Translations under genes and position numbers: made by a program
Shown: one piece after another, positions 24,820 to 37,686 of the stretch
How the letters are laid out: each line of letters opens with the position of its first letter
Numbering within the stretch: position 1 is the stretch's first letter
Notes under the pieces: generated by a model
What the model was told of the DNA's origin: nothing
Databases searched by the model: none
The model's input: the letters and a program-made list of their open reading frames with translations, nothing else
Source of the DNA: Vicugna vicugna
Taxonomy: Eukaryota
Assembly: GCA_013265495.1 (NCBI GenBank)
Contig: MU058669.1
Coordinates: 1,373,880-1,437,879 of the forward strand
Length of the DNA stretch: 64,000 bases
Direction: 5' to 3'

Positions 24820-25325
24820 CAGATTTAATCTGTTGAAAGCAATTTTTCATTAGATTTTCCTTTTTATATTTAACATCTTTGTGAGCTTTGGAAAATCACC
24901 AGCACTGTAGCCACTGGACAGAAGAATATGCGCCTTTAAATTTTTGATAAATACTGCATAATTGTCCTCTGAAGTGTTGTGCCAATTTATTTTATATTGA
25001 GATAAAAATACAAGTGGTAAAATGCAAAAGATGTACTAATATTACCTATGGGTAGTGTGTGTACGCACACACACACACACGCACACACTCAGCAGTGGAG
25101 TATACCGGGTATCTCATCATTTTGCCAGTAGTGAGTCTTACAAAATTTTAAGTCGTTTTATCAATTAGAGAGATGGAAAATGATAAACCGTCTTTCAAAT
25201 TTGCTTTTCTTTAGCTACATCCGAAGCTGAGCATCTTTTCATGTTATCTGACATTCTTTGAATTGCCTTGGCCCGTTTTCCGATTTGCCCAGTTTTTCCA
25301 CTGATTTTTAAGACCCCTTTTTCTT
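24820..25325 (-). mobile_element. Old L1 (L1ME-like) fragments
   Basis: ttttgataaatactgcataattgtcctctgaagtgttgtgccaattta; gaagctgagcatcttttcatgtt. Confidence 0.65.
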
Positions 25326-26119
25326 AATATTTTAGATTAAACAGATTATTCCTTGGTGTCCTCAGGTTTAATTTAAAAAATGAGGTATGATATGAATACA
25401 TGCGGAAAATCCCAACAGCACAAGACAATGAATATAGGTATCAATTGAGCGGTAGGGGCAAGAGGAGCCATGGCATCCCAGAGACGTCACAGCACAGGGC
25501 TGATCTGAACGTATCATCAGTGCCGTTCTCTGTGGCCTGAATTTGCATAGCCTTCCCCCTCCCTGGGTTGGCAGCCTTATTGTCACGCTGTTCCAACACT
25601 GTTTCACCGTCTCAGTCCTGTGCACCCCGAGAAGGGCCTGCCACCTGGTGCACGTGGGAGCAGTACAGAGGTCAGGAGCCAGAGCACCGCCAGTCAGGTG
25701 CCGCACCACCACCACTGGCTGCCACGGAGATGGTTCAGACCATCTGGAGTGTGTGGACATCCTCACCACAGTTTCACAGATCAGGGTGATTGTTTTTATT
25801 GTTGCTGCAGTTTAAAACTCTCAGTGAACTGAGGAGAACTGGTTTGTGTTGGGTCAGGCTGAGGTGGGAGAGGAGAGGCTATGCCGGAGGCGGACGAGGG
25901 GCAGGGTCGCCTAGGCTCGGGAAATGGCTACGATACACAAGAACGGAAGTCGAATTGAACAACAGCAGTGTGAAAGGGACAAGCGTGAGATAAATCTGGA
26001 AGGTGGTAGGCTGGCGTCAGATTGTGGGGCCTTTAATTTTCAGCCTATATATTTGGGATTCCAAAGAGGAGCTGTCAAGGCTTGGGCAGGGCTGTTGAAA
26101 TCACTGCTTTGGGGAAGCA

Positions 26120-26360
26120 GCCTAACATGGTGGTTTAGGTCTAGCCACTGGAGCACGGGTCCTGGAGATGCCTTTTATAGACTGTCACTTTGGCAATTTA
26201 TTTAATCCCTGAAAGTTAATTTCCTCATCTTGAAAATGGGGACAGTAACAATACAAACATCGTAAGATTATTGTCAAATTACAGGAGCTACTACATAAAA
26301 AGTACCTGGTCTAGTTCTTAGAAAATGGTAAGCCCTCTGTAAGTATCAGTGGTTATTGAT
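26120..26360 (+). mobile_element. MIR SINE
   Basis: ctttggcaatttatttaatccctgaaagttaatttcctcatcttgaaaatggggacagtaac. Confidence 0.8.
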
Positions 26361-27212
26361 GGCTACTGAAAAGGATTATCACTGTTTTTAGAAGGAAAAC
26401 AGTACTTCTGTATTGAGAATCTGTATTTTAACATATTATTCTTTTACCACATGGCATTTAATTTTTTTCAGATTTCTAAAATTGTACCACTTGCTAACAT
26501 AGCCTGAAGCCTCAAATATAATAAACAAACAGCACTTAAAATATTTAAAAATCCAAACAACAGCCCCCACATGTACAACAACAAGAAGCATCTTATACCT
26601 AACAACGAAGAATAAAAATAGTCTTTCTGGCCAATCTAATGTAGGTAGGTTGATTTTTGCATTTGTTGCTGAAGTTTAGAAAAGTAGCGGATATGATCAA
26701 CTGTGGTCACAGGACACAGAGACAGAAATAGCCTTTCTCTGAAATACTGTGCTGCTTCCTCCACCAAGGGGTGATGCAAGTGTTGTGACAATAAAAAATA
26801 TATATAAGTAAGGTTAGCTCTGCTTTTATGAATTTATAGGGTGGTTAGGTATATCAGGTGCTGTCGTTTGGTTAAAAGAACACAGAATTTGAAGTTTGAA
26901 GAAAAATTAAGTTGAATCCAGAGTCAACCCTGTTATTAAATGAGACCTTGTACACCCTGCCTGCTCGGAGCGTTTTCTCACTTGTCAAATGGAGATAAAG
27001 AACTATTCATAGAATAGTGGTGATAATTAAATAAGTACACAGCATACTTTATGTGCCCCATATAACTAACATTGTAGAGTGTTGTATAAAGGGCAGAGGA
27101 AATGCTGCGTGAAGTGAGAACTTGATTTTTGCCTGTTCTTGCAACTTCATAGTAGCATCACGTTTTCTCTCCTGGGTCTTAGTTTCTTCCGTAAGACAAG
27201 GCTGGACGGAAT

Positions 27213-27386
27213 CACTGGTTATTACACTTTAGCAGGCATCAGAATCGCTTGGCCAGTTAGTTAAAACACAGATTTCTGGGCTCTACCCAAAGAGTTTCTG
27301 ACTCAGTAACCCAAGAATTGCCGTTTCTAACAAGTTTGCAGGGGATGCTAATGCTGTTGGTCTAGGGACCTCTCTGAAAACCACTG
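27213..27386. mobile_element. MER5A (hAT-Charlie MITE)
   Basis: TIR-like ends cactggtt / aaccactg; gcatcagaatc...gttaaaacacagatttctggg; tttctaacaagtt...gatgctaatgctgttggtc. Confidence 0.88.
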
Positions 27387-30300
27387 GACTCCATTTTTCA
27401 CTCCCAATTTTTTTCCAGTAATAAGATACGCTTTTTTTTTATATTGAGACATTCAAGGCTCTAATCTTGTCTTTATTGTCACAATTATTGTACTTTTAGT
27501 ATCCTTTAGCTGAATAGCCCGATAATGGGTTTTAAAAGTCATTATGAATTTAGTAAATTTTTATTGATTTTAATGCAGTCCACATGCTTGTTGAAAGTTG
27601 CTAGGTCTCTGCATTGGTACTGCTCAGCCTCTTGTTGCTTGTTGCATGTTCTAAATGTCAGACAGTACGTGGAAATGCATTAACAGTGACGCAAAGTAAA
27701 TTTTCAAATCTTGGAAGAGACGCAGGATTTTGGAAAGCTGATGAAGGTGGCTCTGGGTCACCTTGCAAATTCACTGACGTACAAGGTTCTGAAAGAGTGA
27801 GATCAGTCAACTGAGGAAGGGCAAATCACCAAGGATGTGAGGACTAGAAAAAGGATGATTTGAGTATTGAAGGTTAAGACAGAGGCCCTGGGATAAATTG
27901 ATCAGGCTCACAGATATAATTGCAAAAAAAACCCCTGCTTAACTATAACATTGCAAGCGTAAAATAAAAGATGTTGTTTTCATGCTATCATATGCTTTTT
28001 CCAGAAAAAACACAGCATTCTCATCCCCCAACTTGTGGTTCATGACTTTGTCATTCTAAACATTAGTGCATAGCTATAAAAATCTAAGCCTTATTAATTA
28101 CGTACGCTGGTAATTTTCAAGAGAACAGTCCCAACTAAATGTCTTTTTGTTTGTAGTTTACTGTGAAACTTTAGTCTTCTTTTTAAATGAAGCCATTTTA
28201 AGTGTCTTTTACTCTGATAGTAATTTTTTATAGATTGAAAAAGTTACTCAAAGCATGAATGATTGATAAGCCCTAAAACAATTCAGAAGGGTGAGGAGAT
28301 AATTCACCAGCAAGTTAGGTAGTCAGGGAGAAATGCCCGTGAGTAGAGTGTTAACTAGGCCGTAAAGAATTAAGTTTCAGGGGAAGATAAGGCGTGTTAT
28401 GGGTGCTTCATAAAGAATGTTGACCTTGGGCAGTGTCCTGCTACAAAATTTGCATGCAGTGGCCACCTCGCTGGCTCTAGTGTGAATGCAGTTCACACAA
28501 CTGAAAAAGTTCTCAGCAGACTGAATTATAAGTTTAAGTGACTGTGTCCCCCCAAATGATGGACCTCTGGAGAATAATCCAACTGACTGAATTGTCCAGT
28601 CCACTTAGACAAGCAGGTGACTCAGTCGAAACTCATTTGTTCTTAGCAGTGTGAGTGTCCATGACTTAGAATCCAATGCCTCAGTCAGTGGCTTTATTAT
28701 TTGATTGTTGGTGTCGCAATATCACGTACACGTACACACCGTATGCGGAGAGAGCTGATGGCTACTCTAAAGCTTTATTAAGTTACATAGTCTTATATAG
28801 CAAAGAAGAATGACAAGGGAAATGGTTAATAGGCAGCGTCTGGCTCAAGGTCAGAAGACTTTTTATGTTTTGGTAAATCATGTTCATGTTGGCACCAGCG
28901 AGCCTTACAGCTTATCAAGGCAGAATGTATGAGAAACGGCTGCTTCACAACATTCTTCTTGGACTCAGGCGGCTGTGCCTGCCTCAGGTTGCCCCCCCCC
29001 TGGGGATCTTACCCGTCCTTGGCTAACCAGCCTTCTCACCGCTGAGTCTGCAGCTTTTTATAACTTGTTTACCCTTCCGGCCCAAGGCTCATTCCTTTGT
29101 TCCCACAGTCGGAGGGCTACATTTGATGAGAAAATCGAGAGAACAGACCCCTGGGAACTTCCTTGGAAACACCCTCGGTACCCTTTCCTATAACCTTGCT
29201 CACAACAAATCTGGCACTGACTGACTTGATGGTGAAGTGACTCTTCAGCAGGGCATCTCTTAGAGAGCGTGAGCCTACAATGGAAGCAGGATGAGTACCA
29301 TCTGCCCAGATCCTCGTAACGCTTCTGTAGGTATCCCCAAAGTCTGGCTGGGGCGGTTTTCATAGTGGTGCTGATAGGCAGGCTTTCAGTGACTAGACAA
29401 AATGATATCTCCTGTTTTATCCCTTAGCATGACAGGTATCATGAAGAAAATGACTGCTCATAAGACTCAAATGCATTTCTACACATCTAATCAAACAATT
29501 CTATGCATTTTGAGTACTGATTTCTATAAGAGCTGGAAGTTTCAAAGGATGCAGATTTAACATAATGCACGTTAAATCTGCTAGGAAAAATACTAAAGGA
29601 ATGTTAGATAAGGATCACATAGACTGAGATCAGAATGATGATTATGAACAGAAGGCTTTGAGTGGTCAGAGGCAAATAAAACATCCTACGACTAACAGAA
29701 CAAAAACTAGGTGCAAATAGTCCAGCAGCCGTAGTCAAAATGTAAAAGCATGGTATAGAAAGTTGTGAGTCACCATGAGAGTGCTGTAATCCGAGATGCT
29801 AGGGAAAGAGCCACACATCTGATACGTTCCATAATATTTTATGAATACACGCACTCTACCAGTTTAGGGGATGTGTGTGTGGTGCAGCTACTTACTCCTC
29901 AGTCCAGGGTCATGCCCCCCAAAGACTTCCTGGGACCAGACAGTTAGCTGAGGCATATAGACCTGGGGGAGACTGGAATGAACTGGAGTACACACAACCC
30001 TTTTACAATCAGCAGCTACTGTAGAGCTCCACAGAGTATTATTAAATCCACTTAGTGAGGTCTTCCAGTTTTTAGGGGGAGGTCAGGATGGTTATGCGAA
30101 AATTATTTTAAAATTTTGATACTTCTTTAAAAAAAAAAGCAAAAAATCAACCCTGTGTAAGTCAAACAAAGTATTTTTGTGAACAGTACTACTGAGGGCC
30201 AGAGAGGAGAAGGGGCTTGCCCAAGATGATCAGGTCCGCCAGGGTTGGCAGAGTGAGGATTAGAACGTGGTGACATAAAGCTCACTGTTGCTTCTCATGA

Positions 30301-30795
30301 AATAGACAGTCTGTATTTGGTTCTCTTCCCTGTGGAAAAGGTGGAGAGAAGTTTAGGAACCAGATGGGGCCATTTAAAAAGTCGACAGGTTCAAGAGTAG
30401 TTGGTAGCAAGCTGGTAGCTACCATTATATACACACAACTTTAAGCCCAAGAAAAAGTTGACTCGGTCTCTTTGTATAAACGTCTTTAAAGAACGGGTGC
30501 TACTATTATTGCATGAACTTTTAAGAAGCAGAATGTCCTAGAGGTTGCTTGTCAAAGCACATAGCCTCATTTTCTAGACTGTTAAGGGCACAGAAAGGTT
30601 CAGGGGAAAATGCTTGATAACTCACATAAAAGGGAGAAAGCAGAACTGTCTTCTGAGGCACTGGCTGAGTTCTGAAGGGCATTTCAGTGGAAGAAACCGG
30701 CAGCCAGCAAGACAGACTTAAAGCCTTGATTATCCTGAGCCCCAGGCTCTGTCCTGGAGGTGAAACTGCTCTCACTACTTTTTATCAGCAGGGTT

Positions 30796-31213
30796 ATTTT
30801 TTTTTTTTCAAATTGAAGTGTAGTCAGTTACAATGTGTCAATTTCTGGTGTACAGCACAATGTCCCAATCATGCATATATATACATATATTTGTTTTCAT
30901 ATTCTTTTTCATTAAAGGTTATTATAAGATATTGAATATAGTTCCCTGTGCTATACAGAAGAAATTTATTTTTTAATCTATTTTTATACATAGGGGCTAA
31001 CATTTGCAAATCTCAAACTCCCAGATTTATCCCTTCCTACCCCCTTTCCCCTGGTAACCATAAGATTGTTTACTATGTCTGCGAGTCTGTTTCTGTTTTG
31101 TAGATGAGTTCGTTAGTGTCCCCTTCTCCATTTTTTTTAGATTCCACATATGAGTGATATCATATGGTATTTTTCTTTCTCTTTCTGGCTTACTTTACTT
31201 AGAATGATGATCA
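30796..31213 (-). mobile_element. 5'-truncated camelid-type L1 3' UTR
   Basis: Poly-T then ttgaagtgtagtcagttacaatgtgtcaatttctggtgtacagc; ends at ttagaatgatgatc; decayed TSD atcagcagggtta / atcagtgggttc. Confidence 0.92.
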
Positions 31214-31444
31214 GTGGGTTCTTGATGTCAGAGAAGAGATTTCCGGAGGCTTGGTAGAACCTGTTGGGAAGGGGCCAACTCCAGGGAGAGTGGCTTGTAA
31301 TTTGAGGGCTTTATCCCTTCTTACTCCTTAATTCTATTTCAACTACAGCTCCTGAACTAACACTGTTGATGTTCCCTATTGTCCAATGGTGGAGAAATAA
31401 CTTGGGGAAATAAAATAATTGGCAGAAAGTGAATTCAGAGATAG

Positions 31445-31625
31445 AAAGTCCAGGAGAAGGAAATCATAGAAAATCTGAGTTCTGGTTTTGGATCTGTCAC
31501 TGCCGTGATGTGTGACCTTGGACACGTCACTTCATCTGTGAGTCTGACTGGCTTCATAGAGAATGGGGAGGTTGAAATGGGTTGTTCAAATTTATGTCTG
31601 GTTTTAATAAATAAATTAAAACAAT
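31445..31625 (+). mobile_element. MIR SINE
   Basis: ctgagttctggttttggatctgtcactgccgtgatgtgtgaccttggacacgtcacttcatct. Confidence 0.78.
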
Positions 31626-32584
31626 GGAATGGTTCTTTGCCTGTATGATCATAGAGGGCTTACTGTCAGTTGCCAGATGTTTACAAGACAGCTCTCCTTG
31701 AACCAAAGAACAAGTCATCTGTGGTGGCATTGTGAGCATCAGTAGGGAAGGTGGACTTGGCCGAAGAAGACTTTTCCACTTGTCACCCACATCTCTGGGA
31801 AAGGGCAGCTCTTTGCTTATTTCTGGGTTTTATCTGTCTTCTCCCTACCACCGGCCCCAGCACTCAAAATCACTGATATTCTGGGACTCTCAGAGACCAT
31901 GTTAGCTGTTGTCAAATGGAAGACTGAACAAATTTTCAGTTGTAACCGTGCCAAGTGGTTGTTGTACCTATCTTCCTGTAAATGGGATGCTCAGGACCTT
32001 TTGGAGGTTGGTCCCTCTGCCACTGTTCCACTTGGGGAGGGGAAGAGAGACCATGATTGCTGCTTCACAGACCTGATGCCAAATCCCTCCTGTGCTAGGT
32101 GGGCACGCCTAAGGGAAGACTGAATGGCAGCCAGGTTCTTCAAATGCCAATATGAATCCCAAACATGTTCTTTTTCTAAATCAGAAAGTCATGGGATTTT
32201 TTTTTCTTCTTCTTCGAAGTAAGCTTCCAAAATGGTTCTGATGCTTTGCCTTGAATGGGCAGAGCTGACTTTTCCCTGAGGACATATATTGCTACTTCTG
32301 TAACCGTTGTCACTGCTGCAGTGATCTTAATCACCATTTTCAACATACAGAACGTTGCCTTGGTGCCATGCCCTGTGCTCAGGGATTTAAATGCATTTTC
32401 TTCCTCTCTCTCTCCCTGATAAAAGCGACACCCCATCCGAGATGATCTCTCTTGTCGCTATATCCTCAGGGCCTAGAGGATGGGGTGTCCTCACTGACAA
32501 TTCAGCAAGGCCCTTGTACGTGTTGTTTTCTCTTTCTGACAGTCTTCATGCTGTTCCTTGTTTTGTTATTCCTGTTCATCATTA

Positions 32585-32850
32585 ATATCTAAACTTAAAT
32601 GTCACTCCTCTGGAAAGTCATTCCCTGACTTTCCAATCCAGAGTAGGCTCTCTCTTTATAGTCTCTAGACCATCTTTTATTGCTTCCACTCTTGAGTAGT
32701 TGCCCTATATTGACACATTAAATGCTTGTGTTTCCTTGGACTTCAGCTCCATTAGGCAAGGGGCAAGGCTTTTATTTGTCATTGTGTTCCCTGTAGTTAC
32801 CACTGTACCTCCTACAGAGAAGGGGTTCCATAAATATTGGTTAAAATTGG
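32585..32850 (+). mobile_element. L2 3' end
   Basis: cttaaatgtcactcctctggaaagtcattccctgac ... cagctccattaggcaagggg ... ccataaatattggttaa. Confidence 0.78.
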
Positions 32851-33029
32851 TTGGAAAAAATCCACGGGGCAGGTCATATTAGCCCCATTTTCTTAATGAT
32901 GAATTTGGGACTCAACTAAATGACTTAGGGTTACATAAAAAATTACAGGGCTCATGTAAAAACTCACAGTATTGACCTAGCTCTAATGGTGTATTGACCG
33001 TCAGTTACGGCTACCTACGTAAATATTTC

Positions 33030-33200
33030 ATCTGTTAGCCTTGGCACAGCCCTACCAGAAAGGTAGATTTTATTATTCCTCCTTAAGTGAAAAATTTGAG
33101 GCACATGAGGGTCCAGTGACTTACCTGAATTCATGAAGCTACTGAATGGTGGAATCTGGAGTGATGTTTGACCTCAGAACCCACATTCTCTCTGGCATTC
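33030..33200 (-). mobile_element. MIR SINE
   Basis: aaaatttgaggcacatgagggtccagtgacttacctgaattcatgaagcta. Confidence 0.7.
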
Positions 33201-35101
33201 GTGCCACCTAGCACGTTGCCCTGGTGGGGGCTTGGGCACACGTAGGTATCGTATACACACGTGTGCTGTATTTAAACTCGAGAATTTAAATTTCCAGTCT
33301 GTAAGCTTGCCATCAGATGAGCAGCAAGTGTCTCCTCTCTCATCAGCCTAATCTGGGGAGTGGAGTAACGCAGGAGAGTCTGCCGATATGTTTTGGTCCC
33401 AAATGCTTTTGCTCAGCCATATGGCTTCTTAAGAGTCCCTTGCAAATAGAAGGTGAGACTTGAGAACAATAATGAAAAGTCATAGGTCACAGGTTAATTA
33501 ATCCCTCGCTTCGCATAGCACCTGGCCACCGACGCCTTCAGCTCCCATGAATGACCTGCAAATCACAGGCCAAGTAAACAGGAGTTAGACTGGCTTCCTA
33601 GGCCAGGTAGCACTCCTGACAACCTGCAATATATGCGGAGCAGCTGAGTGCATCAAAGTCACTTTAATAGTCATAATCTCTTTTTTTTTTAAATTCAGAA
33701 AGATGTGTGAGCTTGGCCAGACATTAACATCTTTTGTTTGATTTGTTTTCATCTGGTGACATTTAATAACCCATGAATGGATGCCAGGGTCTTGGCTAAG
33801 TACTTTGTCTTTTCTTAGGTGATTTAGTCCTCATAGAAGTTCTGTAAGCCAGGGAATGGTGTTGTTCTCATTTTATGGATGAGTGAGCTGACATTTGGAG
33901 AGTGTCAGTGCCTTCTGCAGAGTCATCTGGTTGACAGTGGTCTGAGCCAGAACCACGGCCACTACACTTGCATCAGCAGCATCATTTTCTTCTTTTATCA
34001 GCAAGTCCTCTCTGTTAACTAGGACTCTTATGAATGCTTCGTACAAGTTGCTTAGTTCCCTATGAACCACATGATTTTGATGAAATGTGTAATAGCATTG
34101 TTCCAATGTCGCCCAGTTAACAGTGCTGTAGCTCAGAAAGATCTAGTGAGTTGTTCAAGGCCATAAGGCTGGTGACCCGCAGAGGCAGGACTTGAACTCA
34201 GAAAGTGGTGTCCTCAGAGCCCAAACTCTGAACTTGTTATTCCACGGCATCCCTGGGCTGTCTCAGACTTCTGCCCCATAGTCTGCTGTCTCTGGTGATA
34301 GTTCATCATTTTGTCTTCAATATGTGCAATATGTGAGAATACTTTCTCCTTGCTAAAGTTTCCTAGTATGTACAAAGGAGCAATTGACCCCTGGATGGTA
34401 GGGCTTTTCCCTTCCTCCTGTGATAGAGTAAGTGGAAGAGAGATACACGAAGGAAGTTTCCAGAGGTTGTAGCGTTGTGTCTGACCATGGCGCTTCCACT
34501 GGGTGCTGGCCAGGAATGATCATTAACAAATACCCTTCCCCTGTATCCTCCCAGGATGGAACTGAATTGTGGATGAACAAGAGCAGGTGGTCCAGCAGAA
34601 GCAGTACCATATGGTAATTAATTAGGCCCACGTGTCAGAATGGCTAGAGACCTGAGGTTTGGCTGACACTTTGATAATGGCAAGGAAAGAAGTCACCCTT
34701 CATACTTAGGTTTGCTAGGGGTGGCAGGTGGGGACTTCAGATACCAGTATGCCTGTGGCATCTTGGTAAGAAAGAGCATTGAACTGGGAGTAAGGAGACA
34801 CCTCATGTTAGCTTTTACTTTACCTAGTTTAGGCCTTGAATTTTCTTTTTGTAAAGTGAGAAAGGAAGACTTCTTAACTATCTTATGAGAAAACCCTTCT
34901 GTGATATCAGATTCATTCATCCATTTTGAGCGAAGGCCAACCAGGTGCCTTCAACTACACTCTAAGTTTTGGAGAAAGACCAAGGTGAATGTCACTGGAC
35001 TTCTGTGCCATTGGTAGACTTAACAGTAGAGCCCTCCTCCCCAAATCTGCTGAGTGCCCCAACAGTATTACTTATTTGAATGAGCTTTGTAACCCCTCAC
35101 T

Positions 35102-35245
35102 CAATGTTTGGGAAGCTTTTTCTGCAAAGGGCCACATGGTTCGTATTTGACATGTCATGGACTAGATCTTGGATCTCTGTCTCCATCATTCAGCTCTGCC
35201 ACGGTAAGTCAAAAGCAATCATAGACTCATGTAAAGGAATGTGAG
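35102..35245. mobile_element. MER58A fragment
   Basis: tttttctgcaaagggccaca ... tcagctctgccacggtaagtcaaaagcaatcatagac. Confidence 0.72.
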
Positions 35246-35479
35246 TTTAAATTCCCTCCTTTAAAGAGCCGTATAAAGGTGCCAGTGTTTCTCTTTGATC
35301 TTTGCTTAATACCACCTACTCTCAACATCCAGCTGCAACCCTCCTCTCCCCGGAACTTCCTGTTAATCTCCATCCTACTCTGGCCTCTCATTTTGCTGAA
35401 CTCTTCCTAGTCAAATAGCCTGGACCATCAAACTGGGGACCGGGTTCTGATATTAATAGTGATGTCAGCATGGATGGAC

Positions 35480-35840
35480 TTCACTCTATTTGGAATATTC
35501 TTCTTCAGATCTTTGCATGGAGGTCTTCTGCAGGCTATTCAGGCCTCAGCGTGAAAACTACCTTCCCCCAAATATCAAGTCCTTAACAGGACAGCTCTTT
35601 GAATTTTCTTCATAAATCTTATTGATGGGAAAAGACTAAGCTTGCCTGCTTACATGCTTTATTGCTGTACCTGGCACCTGGGGAGACCTCACGTGATGTT
35701 AGCTGTTATCATCTTCCTCCAAGTCATTTGCTCCTTGTAGAATGTAAGTGGCTTGGAAGCTGGAACTGTGTCTTGTCGCCAGCATCTAATAGTTCCTTGG
35801 GCCACATGCACACTAAATATTGGCTGAGAGAATGGACACA
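35480..35840 (+). mobile_element. L2 3' end
   Basis: cagatctttgcatgg...ttcaggcctcagc ... tagaatgtaag...ctaaatattggctga. Confidence 0.68.
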
Positions 35841-37134
35841 CTGAGTGCCTTCTCTGCCGGCCATTACCCTAGAGGATTTTACATGGATTTTCTTACAGAG
35901 CCCTCCTAGCACCTCTCTGGGGTAAGTCCTGCCATTAGCAGCTGGGGAAGCTGAAGATTATTTAGGGGAGGGACTGCCCGCAGTCACACTGGTGAGCCAG
36001 TCAAATCCTGTCCTAGCTGGACCCCAAGCCTAGACTCTTCTCTCTTTTATTATCTTGGCGGACGTTTGTATGATCGCTTCTTGGTCAAAAACACCTGCTT
36101 TCTCATTGGCTTCTGGATGTTTTGTTTACCCTAATGGTAGAGAAGATTCCTGAAGAGGGGGGCGGGGAGGCTATGTTTCATTTCTTTTTATTGCTCACAT
36201 GTTGTCTAGCGTTATGCTTGGCCCAGAGTGGAAGATTACGAGCATTATTTTGCACATGACTTGACTGGCATCGAAGGAAATCTTTCCTGTGTGTTTTAGT
36301 GCCACGAGGGATTCCTATCTTTCTCCAGATGGAGTTGCTTCTAGTTCTCTCGTAACACCATTTTCTCCATCCTCGGGGACTGAATGCACTTTGTGCAGCC
36401 TAAGTACAAAGACTTGGCATCTCTAAATAGCAGGGCAATTACGGGTGGTGCTTCGAGGGCTTAAAGGGAGAGAGGCCTCCCATTTAATTAACCTGGAGTT
36501 ATAACCACCTGGGGACAGGCTGGTAGGAGAGGTGAAATGGATGTTACCCTGCATTACTGGGGTGAAGGCAGGTGTATTTTTCTGCCTACTGTGCTCCTGA
36601 CAGAGGAAATGGACATTTTGGTGCTTCTCCGTGAAGGTCACTGGATCTGCTCCCGCAGTCCAAGGACCTCCCAGCATGAAGGCTCTCAGGCAGCAGGGGC
36701 CCCTTGGCACAGTGCTCTGTTGAATTCACAGTGAGGATGAGGACAGTGCTAACCGAGGTGCCAGGTGCTGAAGGTTTTCCCAGCATCTGTCGTCCAGCAT
36801 CCAGCCCAGACTTCTGAGGCGATAAGGCACCCTTTTGTTACACACTTTCTTGGCCTGGGATAAGGCTACGTTCCTTCCACAGACCTCTCACAGTGCTGCT
36901 CCAGCTTTTGCTAAGACCCCATTCAACTGGGAGGAAGTTGGCTTATGTTTTCTAAGTGTGTCATTACAAACAACACATGGTTATATATCATAGTAACTCT
37001 CTCACAGCCTTAGCCTCAGGAACAACTTTTAGCTGCTTTTTTTTTGGAGTAGCTGATTTTGTCACCTGCTGTGGGTAAGCCTTAGTATTTAGTAGTCCTA
37101 GACATTTAAAAAATTCTCCTCTTCCTCTTATCAT

Positions 37135-37320
37135 CATCATTACTGCTATTACTGTAACAAAAGCAACTAACATGTTTTAAACCAGGTGCTGTGGACCAGG
37201 TCCTATTCTGAGTGAAGAGAATGTATCATTTCTTATAATTCTCACATAACAATGCACAGATTCCATCATTAATCCTATTTTGCAGATTGGGAAGCCAAAG
37301 CACGACAGTATAATTCCTGA
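37135..37320 (-). mobile_element. MIR SINE
   Basis: taattctcacataacaat...atcctattttgcagattgggaagccaaagcac. Confidence 0.72.
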
Positions 37321-37686
37321 CCTTAAATAGCTGCCGGTCAAATAGGGCAGAGAAGGCCTGAGCGCACGTGATCAAGGTCAGAGCAGAGGGCGATGAGTCA
37401 CGTTCAAGGTGAAACTAAATACCTGTGTGTGGATGGGAGGTTCACAGCAGGTAGTTCACCTGCTCTCCTCCCACACACGCGATAGACACTGCTAATTAAT
37501 CATGGCGCTCTTTCCTGCTGGTCCCAAATATGCCCAAGAATTCCTCTCAACAGTGGTTTTCGGATAGCCATGCCAATGGTTCAGTTTTCATCCAGTGTGA
37601 CTGCTTGTCCTCTGTGACCAATGAACTTAAGGAGTCAGGGAGCCTGTAATGGGGGGCATGAAAAACAATCACAGTGGTCATTTGAA

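Noticed and set aside
29110..29260. Possible CR1/L3 reverse-transcriptase remnant
   Set aside because: Only a short loose resemblance (gaacagacccctgggaacttcc...); needs an nhmmer search
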